Source: the human T2T-CHM13v2.0 reference genome, Homo sapiens | Reading direction: 5' to 3' (one strand) | Length of the DNA stretch: 64,000 bases | NCBI RefSeq assembly: GCF_009914755.1 | Contig: NC_060930.1 | Part shown: piece by piece, positions 26,147 through 44,055 of the stretch | Position numbering within the stretch: the stretch's first letter is position 1 | How the letters are laid out: each line of letters opens with the position of its first letter | Program-made: the position numbers and the translations under genes | Notes under the pieces: model-generated | What the model saw: only the letters and a program-made list of their open reading frames with translations | Told to the model about the DNA's origin: nothing | Databases searched by the model: none

Positions 26147-28735
26147 GGGCCTATCTCTGTCTTTATCTCTGATAATATTCGCTTTATATACCTGGGTGTT
26201 CCAGTGTTAGTTGCATATATATTTAAAACTTTTATATCCTTTTGCTGAATAAACTACTTTACTTTTATTTAGTGACCTTGTCTGTCTCTTCTTATAGTTG
26301 TTGTCTTGAAATCTATTTCCTCTAATATAAATATAGGGACTCCTGCTGTTTTTTCCCATTCCTTTATTTTCAGTGTATGTGTGCTTTTACAGTTACAGTG
26401 TGTTTCTTGTAGGAAACAGATAAATGGATCTTGTTTTTTATCCATTTAGCTAGTGTATGTCTTTTGATTGGAGAATTTAGTCCATTTACATTCAATGTTA
26501 TTACTGATAAGTAAGGACTTCATCCTGCCATTTTGTTAATTTATTTGCTGGCTGTTTTGTGGTCGTCTCTTCCTTCTTTCTGTCTTTCCTATCTGCTTTT
26601 AGCAAAGGTGATTTTCTCTGGTGATATGATTTAGTTTCTTGTTTTTTATTTTTTGTGTCTCCATTGTATTTTTTTTGGTTTATGGTTACCATGAGGCTCA
26701 CAAATACTATCTTATAATCCATTACTTCAGCCTGATAACAACTTAACACTATTTGCATAAACAAAGTAACAAACAAGCTAAAAGAAAACTAATAAAAATT
26801 CTATGCCTTAACTTTGTCTCCTTGCTTTTAAACTTTTTGTTGTTTCTATTTACATATTATTGTACTGTCTTAAAAAGTTGTGGTAGTTATAATTTTTGAT
26901 TGGTTCAGCATTTATTCTTTCTACTTAGCATAAGAGTAGTTTACACACCATAGTTACAGTGTCATAGTATTTTGTGTTTTTCTATTACCAATGAGTTTTG
27001 TACATGCAGATCATTTATTGTTGCCCATTAATGTCCTTTTCCTTCTGATTGAAGTACTTCCTTTAATGTTTCTTGTAGATCTCATCTAGCATTAATGAAA
27101 TTCCTCAGCTGTTCTTTGTCTGGGAAATTCTTTATTTCTCCTCATTTGAAGGATATTTTCACCAGATATACTCCTCTAGGGTAAAAGGCTTTTTTCTTTA
27201 GCCTTTTAAATATGTCATGCTACTCTTACCCGGCCTGAAAGTTTCCACTAAAAAGTCTGCTGACAGATGTATTGGAGCTCCATTATATGTTACGTGTTCT
27301 CTTGCTGCTTTTAGAATCCTCTTTATCTTTGACCTTTGGGAGTTTTATTATTGAATGTCTTGTGTTACCTTCTTTGGGTTAAATCTACTTAGTGTTCTAT
27401 AACCTTCTTGTGCTTGGTTATTGATATATTTCTCTAGGTTTGGAAAGTTCTCTGTTATTATCCCTTTGAATAAACTTTCTGCCCCTCTTTCTCTACCTCC
27501 TCTTTAAGGCCAGTAACTCTTAGATTTGCCCTTTTGAGGCTATTTTCTAGATCCTGTAGGTGTGCTTCACTGTTTTTAATTCTCTTTAATTTTGTCTGTT
27601 CTAACTGTGCATGTTCAAATAGGCTGTCTTCTAGCTCACTAATTCTTTCTTCTGCTTGATCTGTTCTGCTATTAAATGACTCTGATGCATTCTTCACTAT
27701 GTCCATTGCATTTTCAGCTCCATAATTTCTGCTTTATTTTTTAAAAAAATTATTTCAATCTCTTTGTTAAATTTATCTGATAGAATTCTGAATTCCTTCT
27801 CTTTGTTGTCTTGAATTTCTTTGAGTTTCCTCAACACAACTATTTTAAATCCTCTGTCTGAAATGTCATATAGCTCTGTTTTTCCAGGCTTGGTCTCTGA
27901 TTTCTTATTTAGTTTTTTTAGTGAGGTCATGTTTTCCTGCATGGTGTTGATACTAGCAGATATTCTTTGGTGTCTGGATATTGAAGAGTTAGGTATTTGT
28001 GGTAGTCTTCACTGTCTGGGCTTATTTTTAATCCTACTTCATGGAAAGGCTTTCCAGATATTTGTAAAGACTTGGATGTTGTGATCTACACTGTATTTGC
28101 TTTAGGGGGTACCCCAAGCCAGTAATGCTGTGGTTCTTACAGACTCATAGAGGAACCAACTTGATGATCCTGAACAACATCTGGGAGAATTCTCTGGATT
28201 ACTAGGGAGTGACTCTTGTTCTCGTCCCTTATTTTCTTCCCAACAAACAGAGTCTTTCTGTCTCTTCTCTGAGCTACCTAAAACTGGGGTTGGAATGACA
28301 CAAGCACCTTTGTTGCCAACATCAGTACGACTGTGCTGGGTCAGATCTGAAGCCATCACAGAACTGGATCTCACAAAAGGCCTGCTGTCGCCACTTCCTG
28401 GCTACTGCCTATGTTTACTCAAGGCCCTGAGGCCTTTCAATTAGCAGGTTGCAAAGCCAGCCAGGCCTGTACTCTTCCTTTCAGGGTAGTGAGGTCTCCA
28501 GGCCCTGCATGGGTCCAGAGTTGCCATCAGGAAGTCAGAAACTAGCGTCAAAAACCTTATAAGACTACCTGGTGTTCTATTGTACTGTGGCACTCAAACC
28601 ACAGGACACAGTCCTTCTGAGTATTCCCTCCCCTTTTCAAAGTCAGAGGAGCCTCACCCTGTAGCTACTGCCACCCCAGGCCATGAGGAGTATTGCCAGA
28701 CTACTGTTAACGTTCCCTTAAGACCCAAGGTCTCT

Positions 28736-28799
28736 CTCTTTCTTTTTTTTTTTTTTAAACATAAATACACTTTAAGTTCTAGGGTACACATACACAACG
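28736..28799 (-). mobile_element. Ultra-short L1PA 3'-end insertion
   Basis: Poly-T plus ACTTTAAGTTCTAGGGTACAC..CACAACG, flanked by the TSD CAAGGTCTCT (28726-28735 and 28800-28809). Confidence 0.8.
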
Positions 28800-29294
28800 C
28801 AAGGTCTCTTAAGTCAGCTCGTGGAGAATGCTGCCTGGCCTGGGACTCAACCTTCAGAGGAGTGGGCTCCCCTCTGGCCCAGGGTGGTCCAGAAATGCCA
28901 TCCAAGAGTCAAGTCCTGGAATCAGGGAGCCCAAGAGCTTGCTTGATGCTCTACATGCCTGTGGGCTGTGCTGGTACCTGAAGCCAGCAATTCTCAGAGG
29001 CTCACCCAAAGCCCCCAACATAGTACCTGGGTATTGCTGCTGGCTATTCATGGCCCAAGGGCTCTCCAGTTAGCAGATGATTAATGCTGCCAGGACTGAG
29101 TTTTTTTCCTTCAAGGCAATAGTTTTCCTTCTATCCCACGGTGTGTCTAGGACTGTCATCTGGGAGGCCTAGAACGGGGGTCTCACAACTCTGATTGCTG
29201 CCCTGACCTGCTGTGGCTTAGCTGGTATCCAAGATGCAAGGCAAAGTCCTCCCCACTAATCCCTCTGCTCTCCTCAAGTAGAAGGATGGTATCT

Positions 29295-29643
<349 letters not shown>

Positions 29644-30202
29644 TAGGGGAAGCGATATCAGTGGCATTCCTTTAGCCACCCCAGCTAGTGTCTCAATATG
29701 TCACATGCCCCCCCAGTCCACTGTCTCTCAGCCTAGTTCAGCACTAGGACTCACCTATGAGTTGCAGTCTTTATGGCCTAGATTGCCTTTCAAGTTTATA
29801 TGAAGACACAGAGTACTTGGGCCCTCAGTGGTGAGGTTTGCGGGAACTCAAGTTCCAGCCTCTAGGATGGGTAATTCTCCTGTGGCTAGGGCTGGTTTAA
29901 ATGCTCCCTCCTTGGTCAGGAGTCAGCTGAGTTTGATTCCATTTTCCTTTCCTCTTTAACAGTACAGCACTGTGTTCAATGCCTCATACCCGTTATGTTC
30001 TCCCTCCTCCAGTGCCTGGAGACACTCTTTGTACCATGCCACTGCTGCCAGGGGTAGGGGAGGGGTGGCATCAGTGGTTCAGGACTGTTTTTTCTATATT
30101 TTCAGTGCCTCTTTCAGCAATATGAAGTTAAAACCAGGTACTATGAGTACTCACCTGGTTTTTGGCCCTTATGAAGGTTTTTTCTGTGTATATAGTTGTT
30201 AA

Positions 30203-30917
<715 letters not shown>

Positions 30918-31189
30918 TCATAGAACACAGTATAGACATATATAGACCAATGAAAATTGGCTGTTATAAACCAAGAATTCCATTGTCTCTACTGTTTTCT
31001 TGTAGGTAGTGCTGCTTCATCTATAGCCTATAGCCAATAAAAACAACATTACACAACATATTATTTACTATATTTTAGAACTCAGAACTATTATTTTTGC
31101 TCAGATAGGATTGTATTAAGGGATTATATTTGGATTATACAATTTAAAGAAGTAGCATTTAAGAATTTGCCTATATGTTATGTAGGTTT

Positions 31190-31301
31190 AAATCAAAGGC
31201 TGGTTTTATAATGTCTGCAAGTGTACTTTCGAAAATTTCTTTGCAAAAGTGGAATCTGTGTGTGTTTGGGGACATGGTAAATGGTTCTGAGTTGGTATAC
31301 T
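31190..31301 (+). repeat. Dispersed direct repeat, copy 1 (~112 bp)
   Basis: Homologous to 33882-33992. Confidence 0.85.
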
Positions 31302-33296
31302 CTTTCAATGACACCTCCTGCTGTGGGCTTTATAGCTGTTCTTGCATAAAACCCCTCTGATTTGGGCCAAAAGAAAATGGTGGGAGTGATTTAGAGAAAA
31401 GTTTAGAATTTGAATCTTAAATTAATGTAATTACAAGAGTCAAATGATCTAATTTTTTAAACTTCCATTTCTCTGTGTTAAAGGCAGGGTTTGGGTATTG
31501 GTGTGCTTGTTTGGGTAACATAGGTGAATAAAAACAAAAGGATAAATAAAATATAGGTCAACTGGCAGTGCAACATGTAAGCTGGCCTTGTGATTAAACA
31601 ATGTTTTGTTTTGAATCAGGTCTGAAGCTTCTGGAGGTGCCAAGGAGGGATAATCAAAGGGTCTTGAGATCATGGATGTCAGAACTAGCAGGAGAGAGTC
31701 ATAGAGGTGTAGCAGGAAGGATCTAGGAAGTGACTTCAAAAGTTTAGGCATTGCTTTTCTGATTTCATTTTCCCCCTAAAATGGACAGTTAGGGCTCTAA
31801 TTCACTAAAGGTATCCCAGTAACTGCATGTGATTGAAAAGCACTAAGAAATTAAAAAACAAAAAACAAACAGAAACAATACTTCTCTATCATTGTTTTTC
31901 CTTCCCACTGTACTGTTCAAGGATAGCAGATACTAATATGAATAAGTCATATTATAGAGCCTTGATTAGGCATGTTTACAACAAGGGTGGTTTTCAAAGA
32001 AATTTTAAAATGCAGAAAACCACATAAAAGTTTCTAAAACCTAAAGTCAGGCAGTCATTTATGAGATTAATTGGGGAAACCTTTCTGAACCTCCTCCCTC
32101 CAAAAATTTCACAGAAGTATGGTGTTGATTGGCCCCTTGGCCTTTTCTTGTCAGTTTGGGAGCTGGCTTTAGGCTGCTGTCCTGGTCTACGATAAACATG
32201 TGGCTTAGGCTTTGGGTCAAATTACCTCTTTCAGTCTTTCTTCCCAACCCCCTGTTTCCTCTTACACAGCCCACTAACCAGTCCAAGGCTAGTGCTCAAT
32301 ATGCTTCTCATCAGACTGGTGAAAGCCAAATGTACACACTGGTTTTGGAAGTCCTGAGAAATAGAGCAATAATTGCAACTCTCATGATTTCAAGGAGCTC
32401 CTGAGATCTCCCTGGAATAGATTTTAAAGTAATTTAAACAGAGCCCAGTACAACTTGTTCAAAAGCTAAGTGGAATTTTGGACTAAGCTCAATAAAATAA
32501 TAATATGTTATTTTAGTTTTCTTGATCCCCTGTCCATAAACTCCCAGAGAGACTTTGGGTGGCAGATTTGCTTACTTGGGGCAGGATTCAGGCATTCCTC
32601 CCTTGTTAGGTCCATTATCGCCATTAAACTTATTCACATGCACCTCTTAATACCATGTCAACTTTATCACAATTTCTAATACTCACCTTTAAGTACTTTA
32701 AAAACTAATTTTAAAAATCTGATAAAAACTGGCAGTAAGTTATTCTCAGTTTTAGATGAAAATGTCAGTAGCAAAACTTTTACCAAATTAGTTCATTTAC
32801 CATGTTCTCATTTCCTATGGTTCAAGGAAAGAATTTCCTCTGAAAACAAAACCAACCCAAATAATAGAGAGGAAAAGTTTAGCATTTATTTATCTTGTAT
32901 TCTGATTAAGTTATTATTTTATCCTCTAATAAAAATAACTATAAATTTAAAGTAAAATTAGTCATTAGTTATTGCTTGTTACTTCTTGATAGGCTTATAT
33001 TTTGATTTCAAATACAGAGCAACACATTCTCACTGAGGTTATAAGTAAGCCTGGATCTAGAGTTTTGCGCACTTAAATATTCTTGAGTATATTAATACTC
33101 CTGATTGTATGAAATATTATGTCTGTTTGATTTTCAATTTCAAAATTATTTAGGAAACTACATTATAAATGCTGGATATGCCTTAACAATCAACAGTGAC
33201 TCATACATTTGTGTTTACGTATATTGAATTACAAATAAATCACCAATGAAATTTCAAACTCAATACAATTTTTTTCTATTAAAACTACAAAAAATG

Positions 33297-33635
<339 letters not shown>

Positions 33636-33881
33636 TCAAATGTTACATCGATATTCCAAGATAAAATGCAAAATTAAAAAAACTTTATAATGCAAGTTTC
33701 TCAAATTGAAAGCGACTTATGTTTTTTCAAAAATATTTTAAATCTCTACTTATATGTTTAATATATTAGATTAATATTTAATATATTTAAGATATATGAT
33801 TATCTCTTATATCTAATATCTTAGATATTAAAAAAGATATAATCATAAAATTTTCTATCACTTTTAAAGTTTCAAGTGTTA

Positions 33882-33992
33882 AAATCATAGGCTGGTTTTA
33901 TAATCTCTGCAAGTGTACTTTTGAAACACTTCTGTAAAAGTAGGACCTGTGAGTGTTTGGGGACATGGGGAGTAGTTCTGAGCTGGTATACT
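33882..33992 (+). repeat. Dispersed direct repeat, copy 2
   Basis: Homologous to 31190-31301. Confidence 0.85.
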
Positions 33993-34210
33993 ATAATTTT
34001 AAGTTAAATTAAAATTAAAGCCACTGAAACACTTCAGAAATATATATATATATCTATTTACATATATATCTATATACATATACACATATATATACACACA
34101 CATATATCATGGGATATAGTTTTAATATGGAAAATATTATGCTAAGAATAAAACTGCTATTCTCCCCTTCACCATTAATACATAATTAAAATCGAGCAAT
34201 TGACCTAAAC

Positions 34211-34563
34211 CAGTAGTTTTTAACTTTTCGGTCTCCAAGCCTATTCTGTGGTCTTCCAATTTATTGATGATCCAGAAAAGCTTTTGTTGATTAAAATTAA
34301 TACTGAGCAATTAAATATATGTATATTATTTATTTATTTTAGAAGGAAAAATTACAAACGAACATAAATACAACATTTTCATAAAAAGGATTTTATTTTC
34401 AAAATAAAAAATATTTATTGAGAAGAGGAACATTGCTTTACTTGTTTTCAAATAATGTTAATGTCTGGCTTCACAGGAGTATGGGACCCCCATCATTGCT
34501 TCGCACATTTCATTAGCTGTCAGGGCAATGCTGGGGTCCCTGCACCACACTTTGAAACCATTG
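34211..34563. mobile_element. Charlie1-derived hAT DNA transposon fossil
   Basis: Termini CAGTAGTTTTTAACTTTT...CACACTTTGAAACCATTG. 8-bp TSD ACCTAAAC/GCCTAAAC. Confidence 0.65.
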
Positions 34564-35944
34564 GCCTAAACTCTCTATGCCAGCACAAGAAAGCACTTAA
34601 CATGATGGTGACAGAATTTCTTTTCTGTTCATCAATTTCGTTTATGACTTTTCCTTCAGATAAATAAAACATTTCCCTTATTTTATTCCCTTTTTCATTC
34701 ATTCATCCCTGTGTGTTTTTCAGAAATTGTACTGATTCCTACAGATAAAAACGATGATTTATGCCAATTAAATGTTATAATTTAGGTAAAGCATCTGGAA
34801 ATGTACTGGCTCTTGGTAGCTATTCAATTAATGATTTGGTCTCACTAAGGCCATGCATAAAATGGAGTAATAGAGCATAGTAAGAATATCTGATGATTAT
34901 TTTCATGGAGGAAATCATTCTGTGAGTAAAGCTTAGGTGGAATAGGAAGGAAGACACCAGAGGCATTTGGTATACCAGGTTACACATGTGAATCAATTAT
35001 GGTAGGAATGAAGAGAAGTGACAAGGACTGAGATACCCATGGAGGTAAAATAAAGAGAATAGGTGAACATATTGGGTGAAGAAGAAGAAAGGACAAAGGG
35101 TGGATTTGAATAGGGGTGGCCTAACCAGAATTATGTTTAATACTTAAGACATTGAAAACAGAATATTCACTAAGCAGGTATTGCTACTCTTCCTATCTAT
35201 TTAGGTCAGTTATTTATATTTCAGTTAGGGATTCTCATTAAAGTGCCTTATTGAGGCATGTGCTTAAGAGAAGATAAGTGAGAGAAACAGAATAAAGGCA
35301 GGAGAAGAAAAATAAGCATGCCTGTGTTCTCAATTGAATTCTACCTTAGCCTTGATGCACAGGGAAATCTGGGACACAAATTAGACCGCTGATTTGGTCT
35401 CAACTTGAAGCAAGGGGTCAATAGTTTGTACCTCTATATCATTCCATCAATGTTTGCTGGCTGGTGAGCAGTTATCTAACCTCTGGATGAGGAAGCTTGC
35501 ATTAAACTGAGAGAATCCTCCAGACAAGAGGGCATCTTTGCACCATTAGTAATCAACACTCAGTTCAGCTGGGGGGAATGAGGGTAGCAATGAAGGGGCC
35601 TGGATGGTGCAACATCAGCATCCGTAAATACCACCCCTTGAATGACTCAGATTCACTTTCTTTTCTAATTAAGTTTACTTCATCCAGACATCTTACTTGC
35701 TCACAATTTTTGGAAACATTTATAAGAAAAGTGTTTATAGCAAGAAATGCAACCAACTGATCCCGGTGGGTCAGCAGTTAATCTTGTAGCATCACCTCAG
35801 TCTACCACAGCTACTAGATTTCCCTTCTGCTAGATAGGCACTACCCTCCAAATGGTTTGGTGAGTGGGGTGACTAAGGGTTTCGAGCCCCTATTTGCCAT
35901 GACTTCATCAGGCTGTGGTTGCTGTTATTGCCATTTATAATTAA

Positions 35945-37050
35945 AAACAGAAATGTCAGAAAGTAATAAAACGCTAAAAAATAAAAGATAGTAGGATACA
36001 GAAGCTGGCCTGAAGGAGCGCTCATAGGCCACAGCTGGAACAATTTGAACAATGAAATGATAGAATTGGATTATAATCCAAACATTAAATATCAACAAGT
36101 CTATACTGATGTAAATAAATGATAAGGTAAATAAATAAATGGGGAAATGAGACAATTCTTACTTAAAGAAGCATTCCAATTAATGGAAGTACAAGTAATA
36201 AAAATAGAAAGACACTGGAGAAGAGCAGCACAGCAATAATTTCTGCAGGCAAAATGAATTGATGAACACTACAATTAGTGGGTGAAAATGGAAGAAAAAT
36301 AGGTATTTACATTGCCACAAGTGTCTTCTTCTATTTATTAATTACCATGGTGGTTTTTTGAAACATATGTTTACCAGTTTTTGATATTTCTCCCTCCAGG
36401 AGGTGAAGCATAATTATCTTCCCCTTGAAGATGGGCTTGTTCTAGTAATGCTTGTGTCATGAACAGTCTGGAAATGTAGAAAGATAATTTTACAGTGGAG
36501 AACTCTAACAGACATCACCTGAAACAAGTAATCAAGTTCAATGTCACCAGTAATAAGTAATAAGACAATTGATATCATGTGCTCCTTAATGTGATTCAAT
36601 GAGAAGGGCATATCATCTCCATGGCGTTCTTCCCCAAAATCCACAAACCCAGTCAGATGTTCAGATGATCCCAAATGAGAAACACTCTGCAAAATACCTG
36701 ACCTACTTTTCAAGTGTCAAGATCATGGAAATGATGAACTGTCACAGAGCGGAGGAGAATAAGGAATAATGAAAATTAAATGTGATGTGGGGTCTCACAC
36801 TGAATTTCAAAAAAGAACAAACTAGTAAAAATCTACTAGTGAAGAAAAGTAGTGAAATTCAATTAAAGTTTGTAGTTTAGCTGATAGCATTGTACCTATG
36901 TTAATTACTTAGTTTTGAGAATGGTATTATGTATGTAAGATGCTAATACTAGAGGAAGTTAATATGAAATATGCATAAAAACTTTCTGTACTATTTTTGC
37001 AACTCCAGTATAAGTCTAAAATTATGTCAAGATATATAGGTTTTAAAAAA
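35945..37050 (+). mobile_element. Old L1MC/MD-like 3' fragment nested in the ERVL
   Basis: GTGGAGAACTCTAACAGACATCACCTGAAACAAGTAATCAAG...CTGTACTATTTTTGCAACT...TAAGTCTAAAATTAT. Confidence 0.6.
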
Positions 37051-38151
37051 ATGCCATGCAAGCATAAATAGATGCTTCAGTGAATCATCAGAGTGCTAAA
37101 TATATTCTGTGATGTATCCTTTATATGGCAGTGATCCTACCCTCTCTTAAATGTCTGGGTCAATTGCCCCTGACAGTCTGCTGGTCTATTGACATGAGGA
37201 GCAGCAATCATACTTTTATTTCCATGGAACACTTACTATGCTTTTTAGTAAAACATCAACATCTCTTAGATAAAGTCCTCCTGACAAACTGCATCTAAAA
37301 TTTCAGCAAGAACACACAGTTCCCTAAGTGAGTCATAGGGAGTGATGGTGAGTGGAACCATACCAACTTTCAGCTCTTGGTTCCTGAACCTACGTATTCA
37401 ACTACTGGTAACACTACATATGATGGCCAGTGGTTTACAGTGTGTACCACATTGTTTATAATGGTATTTCCGGCTCTCAGAATGTCTTCTTCAAGCTGAC
37501 ACATTCAAGAGGCGCTTCCAATGTTTTATGAAGCCAGCAGCTTTTGAAAGGTGCGCTGTATGTTAAAATAGTTGGTTCTATGTTCATGTTTCTCTTTCCA
37601 CATTCTTTTCTATAAAGTATGCCCCTAGTTCTGGTGTGATCTTATATAGGATTCCATATAACAGGTAAAAAAGGGAAATCCATACCTGGAATGTATTAAT
37701 ATTGAAAGTATCTGATATAATTAATGGACCACAAAATGACTGCTTGCTCTCTTAAAGTAATGGTGTCATATCAAGGACTCAGCATTGTTCTTTGACACTG
37801 GATGGCTGCACATTTAGCAGTGGCAGTGGACTGATCAGCCTTGGTAAAACAGTTCCAATGCAGTTGAGCTCACAGATAGTGTACGTTTCAGCCACTATAG
37901 CTGCTTTACTTATGAACCCACTGCATAAGCACTATGGTGTCCAAATAGAGGGGCTGGCTGACATCAGTTAGCCATGCCGTTTTGACTACTTGGTTGTTTG
38001 GGGCACCTTCTCTAATGGATGTTCTCTTGCAAGCATTCGACTTTAATTAAAAAATATCCTCACACTTGCTGCCCCCTCCCATAATTAGAACCACAGGTCT
38101 TTTCCTCAGACATCCTTGTTTGCAATCTTCCAATGTTGTTTCTTCTGGGCC

Positions 38152-40188
<2,037 letters not shown>

Positions 40189-42763
40189 TGTGGCCCTTTA
40201 CTATGTAGCAATTCTGTTTTTCACTACCAATAAGCCTATGCATATCCTTACAATGGGCCACTTTTAGGTTAAGAGAATAATCAAATGTACTGCCTAAAGC
40301 TTGACCTATTGAAAGAATTTTTCCCTCACCATATTCTTTCAGAACCATATTAAAAGTAGGATATGGAATCTATATTTTACTTCAGCCCATGTAACAAGCT
40401 GATACTACCCACAGGCTGATCAAGCATGATGTTATTTTCTCTTTCATCAGCTCATCATGAATGGTATCTATGTGACATTGGCGTGGGTTGAGTAAGAGGC
40501 ATTAGATGGTAAATAACATGGGGCTCCAGACCAGTTGTTTGTAGCTTGCTTTGCCCTTTATATCTTAGTTTCGCCCTTAAGCATTCTTCAAGCAGTAATG
40601 CTTCCATTTTATAATTGTTTTTAACTTGGCCTGCCTAAACATATGATTTGGTGGCCATGACAGCTAACTATGGGTAATTATTGCTACATGGGCACTCAAA
40701 GTAACATGATCAGAGACTTTCTAGTAGGGCCCTGTAGCAGCACAGGATCTATTTTCCCCATTGTGGAGAGTTCTCTGCTAAAGATCTCTTCTGCCAGTCT
40801 TATGGGTCAGTGTTGTGACGCTTCTACTGCTCTTTGTCAGAGGCCCCACCCATCTTTTTAAACATGGATAACTCTAATAACATAGAGTCTTCTGGAGTGC
40901 ATATCCCAAAATACAGGGCTACTTATACAGCTGAACCTACAGTAGAGCCATTTCCTGCTTAGAGGCACAGTCAGTCTTAGCAGCCTTCCAGGTTACCTGT
41001 TAAATGGGTCAAAGGAGGAACCCACATGTAGAATAAGCTGTTCGAACCCTAAAAGGGCTTACCAGTCATTATGTTTTGTTTTGTTTTGTTTTTTTCTGGT
41101 GGAAAGAGTGGGAATTGCAAGGTATCCTGGAGTGGATGCTCCAGTGCACATCAGACTATGTGACTTTCAAATATTTCCCAATGTAAGAGGTCCCTGACTT
41201 CTAAAAGTTTTTACCTCTCCCACTGGAGCACATGTATCTTACCAAGGCATCCAGAATACTTAGCATTTTTTGATCATTAGGTATGAGTATCATAATATCA
41301 TCAACATAGTAAGCAAATGTAATATTTCCAGAATGCCCAGACTGTCCAGTTTTTATCAGTCTAAACTATGACAGGACTTGAGGCAGTGTATACACTTGTC
41401 TGTTCAGGTGAATGGCAACTTCTCTATTCTCCTTCCTGATGTCAATTGAAAGTAATACATTATCCTTATCACGGAACTCTATACTGCATACAATAGGCTA
41501 TTTTAACCTACTCTAGAACTGACACCAAATCTAGAACCACAGGTCCATTTAGGAGTATTAATTACTTAACTTTCTGACAATCAATTTTTGTCAAGCTAAG
41601 CTAATGAATTATGATGAATTAACTAGAGATATGATGAGTATCACAATATTTGCATCCTTACATATTTTAGGGTGGCAGGGATCTCTATCATTCATAGCAG
41701 GTATTGCTTATGGATATTATATTATATATGAATCAGCTTTGAGGATTTCTCCTTGCCCTTTGTCACTACAACAGTTATTACTCTACAGGTCAAGGAACAA
41801 TTGTGTGGGTTCTGCCAACTACTAAGCATGCCCATTCCACTTACGTATTTTGGGCTGGAAAAGTGACAACTAGTTGGGTCTATATTTAGCTTTCTCTGCT
41901 TCAGTGGACTCACTATGAGGTGAACGTGGGCCATTATCCATTTATTAACTGCCTGTAGCTAACTAAGAATCCTAACAGGCTCATTATGAACATAGTACGA
42001 ATCTATGCATTAGCATTAATGCAGATCGCATGTCCAACATCCCTGGAAGAAATTTGGATATTCACCTTTCCCCAATATAAAGTTACCATATACGTGGCTA
42101 TAAGTTTGTCTGGGAAAGGACTGGAGAAATCACCAACATAGATACTTGCTATAGTGTTGCAGATTCTTCCTTCAGTCAGTGAATTTTGCTTTGGAGAATT
42201 GGCTCAATTCTGGAAACTGGTGAGGGATCAGTATTTCTTACTGGAGAAGCTGACTTCAGCCTTCTGATCATCCATCATGCTCAATTTCTAGCAGGGCCCA
42301 GTAGGAGGTCAAGATCTATTTTTCAAAAACTCTCTAGTTATCTGTTGAAGATGGTATGGCCTTGCCCTGAACTTGAGAAGGGCAGAAGTTTTCTTTAAGG
42401 AGCCCATTTGAAGTCTGAGCATTGTCTTCAAGCAAGGTAGGGGCTGAGTCTATCTTCTAACAAGGGAGAGTGCGACAGTTTTGGTTGCCTGGAGTGTCCC
42501 AAGAAATCTGTAAAATCAGGGCTCTCAAGATATTCTCATCTCAAATTTCAGGGTTCCGTGTCTTTCCTAACAGGGCCCTGATTTTGGCACAGATTTGGTA
42601 GACTGAGCCTCAGCCTTCTTTGAAAGTTTGCCACTCTCATAATGAGCTCATATACCTTGTTTTCAGCTAAGTATTTCCTCTGGCTACACAAGATGAATTC
42701 CCCTTTAAAGACTAACAATAAAGTCCTCAGATTCTTACATTTTTCTTTAAAATAATGATTAAT

Positions 42764-43082
<319 letters not shown>

Positions 43083-43554
43083 AAAATAATGATTAATAAA
43101 ATCTAAATTACTGATTAAAAATACAGTTGAGCCTGTTTTCTCTTTTTAATGCATCACTGGCACTTAGAAATAACATAATTCCACAGTTTTCTTAGTTACT
43201 ATTTTCTTATACACCTTAAAAGCCAGACATTGCCCCAGCTAGTGCCTGTCTTTCCCCTTGTTGCCTTCACCAACTCTCCTTTACTAATGGTGAAAGTCAG
43301 CAATTGAAATCCTATACATGCCAGAGGCAATCAATACTCCACGTACTAGTAGAGATGCCATCCTCACTGTATTCTGGTCAGTTTATATTCCACCTCTGGA
43401 ATATTTGTCATTGAGTTTACTTCCTAGGACCACTCCTGGCATCAGCTATCTTAGGTTTGATACCCTAAAAACAGAGCCCAAGTTTGGGATTCTTGTGAAA
43501 GTGATTAATTACTGAGGCATACTCTCAGGGAAAATAAATTAAGGAAAACAGATC

Positions 43555-43669
43555 ATAGGACTTCTCAGCCTCCATAATTGTGTGAGCCAATCCCTCATAA
43601 CAAATCTCTTTCCATTTATCTACTCATACTTTATTGGTTGTGTTTCTCTTGAGAACTGTGACTAATACA
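43555..43669 (+). mobile_element. MLT2 LTR 3' fragment
   Basis: GGACTTCTCAGCCTCCATAATTGTGTGAGCCAAT...GTTTCTCTTGAGAACTGTGACTAATACA. Confidence 0.65.
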
Positions 43670-43862
43670 GGCAGGGAAATAAAGCTAAGCAAAGAGGAGA
43701 TCTCACCTAGAGACTATTCAGAATGGTCACATGGATTTCTCAAGCATGATCCCACCTAAGACAAGTGGATTCGCTTTTTTTCCCCCGTGTGTGTCAGTCT
43801 AGAGGGAGGGGAGGGTTGGAGAAGGGGGAAGAGAATAGAAAAGGGAGGTAACATTTTAGGCA

Positions 43863-44055
43863 TAGGATTTCCAGATTAAATACAGGAGGCTCAGTTAAAT
43901 TTGAATTTAAGATAAACAATGAATAATTTTATATTATAAATATGTCTGAAATATTGCATGGTGTATTTATACTTAAAAGAAGTATATGTTGTTTATCTGA
44001 AATTCACATCTAATTGTGTGTCATGCATTTTTATTTGCTACATCTAGTAACCCTG
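43863..44055. mobile_element. MER53 (hAT MITE, imperfect palindrome)
   Basis: Inverted arms CAGTTAAATTTGAATTTAAGATAAACAA and TTGTTTATCTGAAATTCACATCTAATTG. Confidence 0.75.

Noticed and set aside
33750-33848. AT-rich imperfect inverted repeat
   Set aside because: Low-complexity A/T sequence produces such symmetry by chance.
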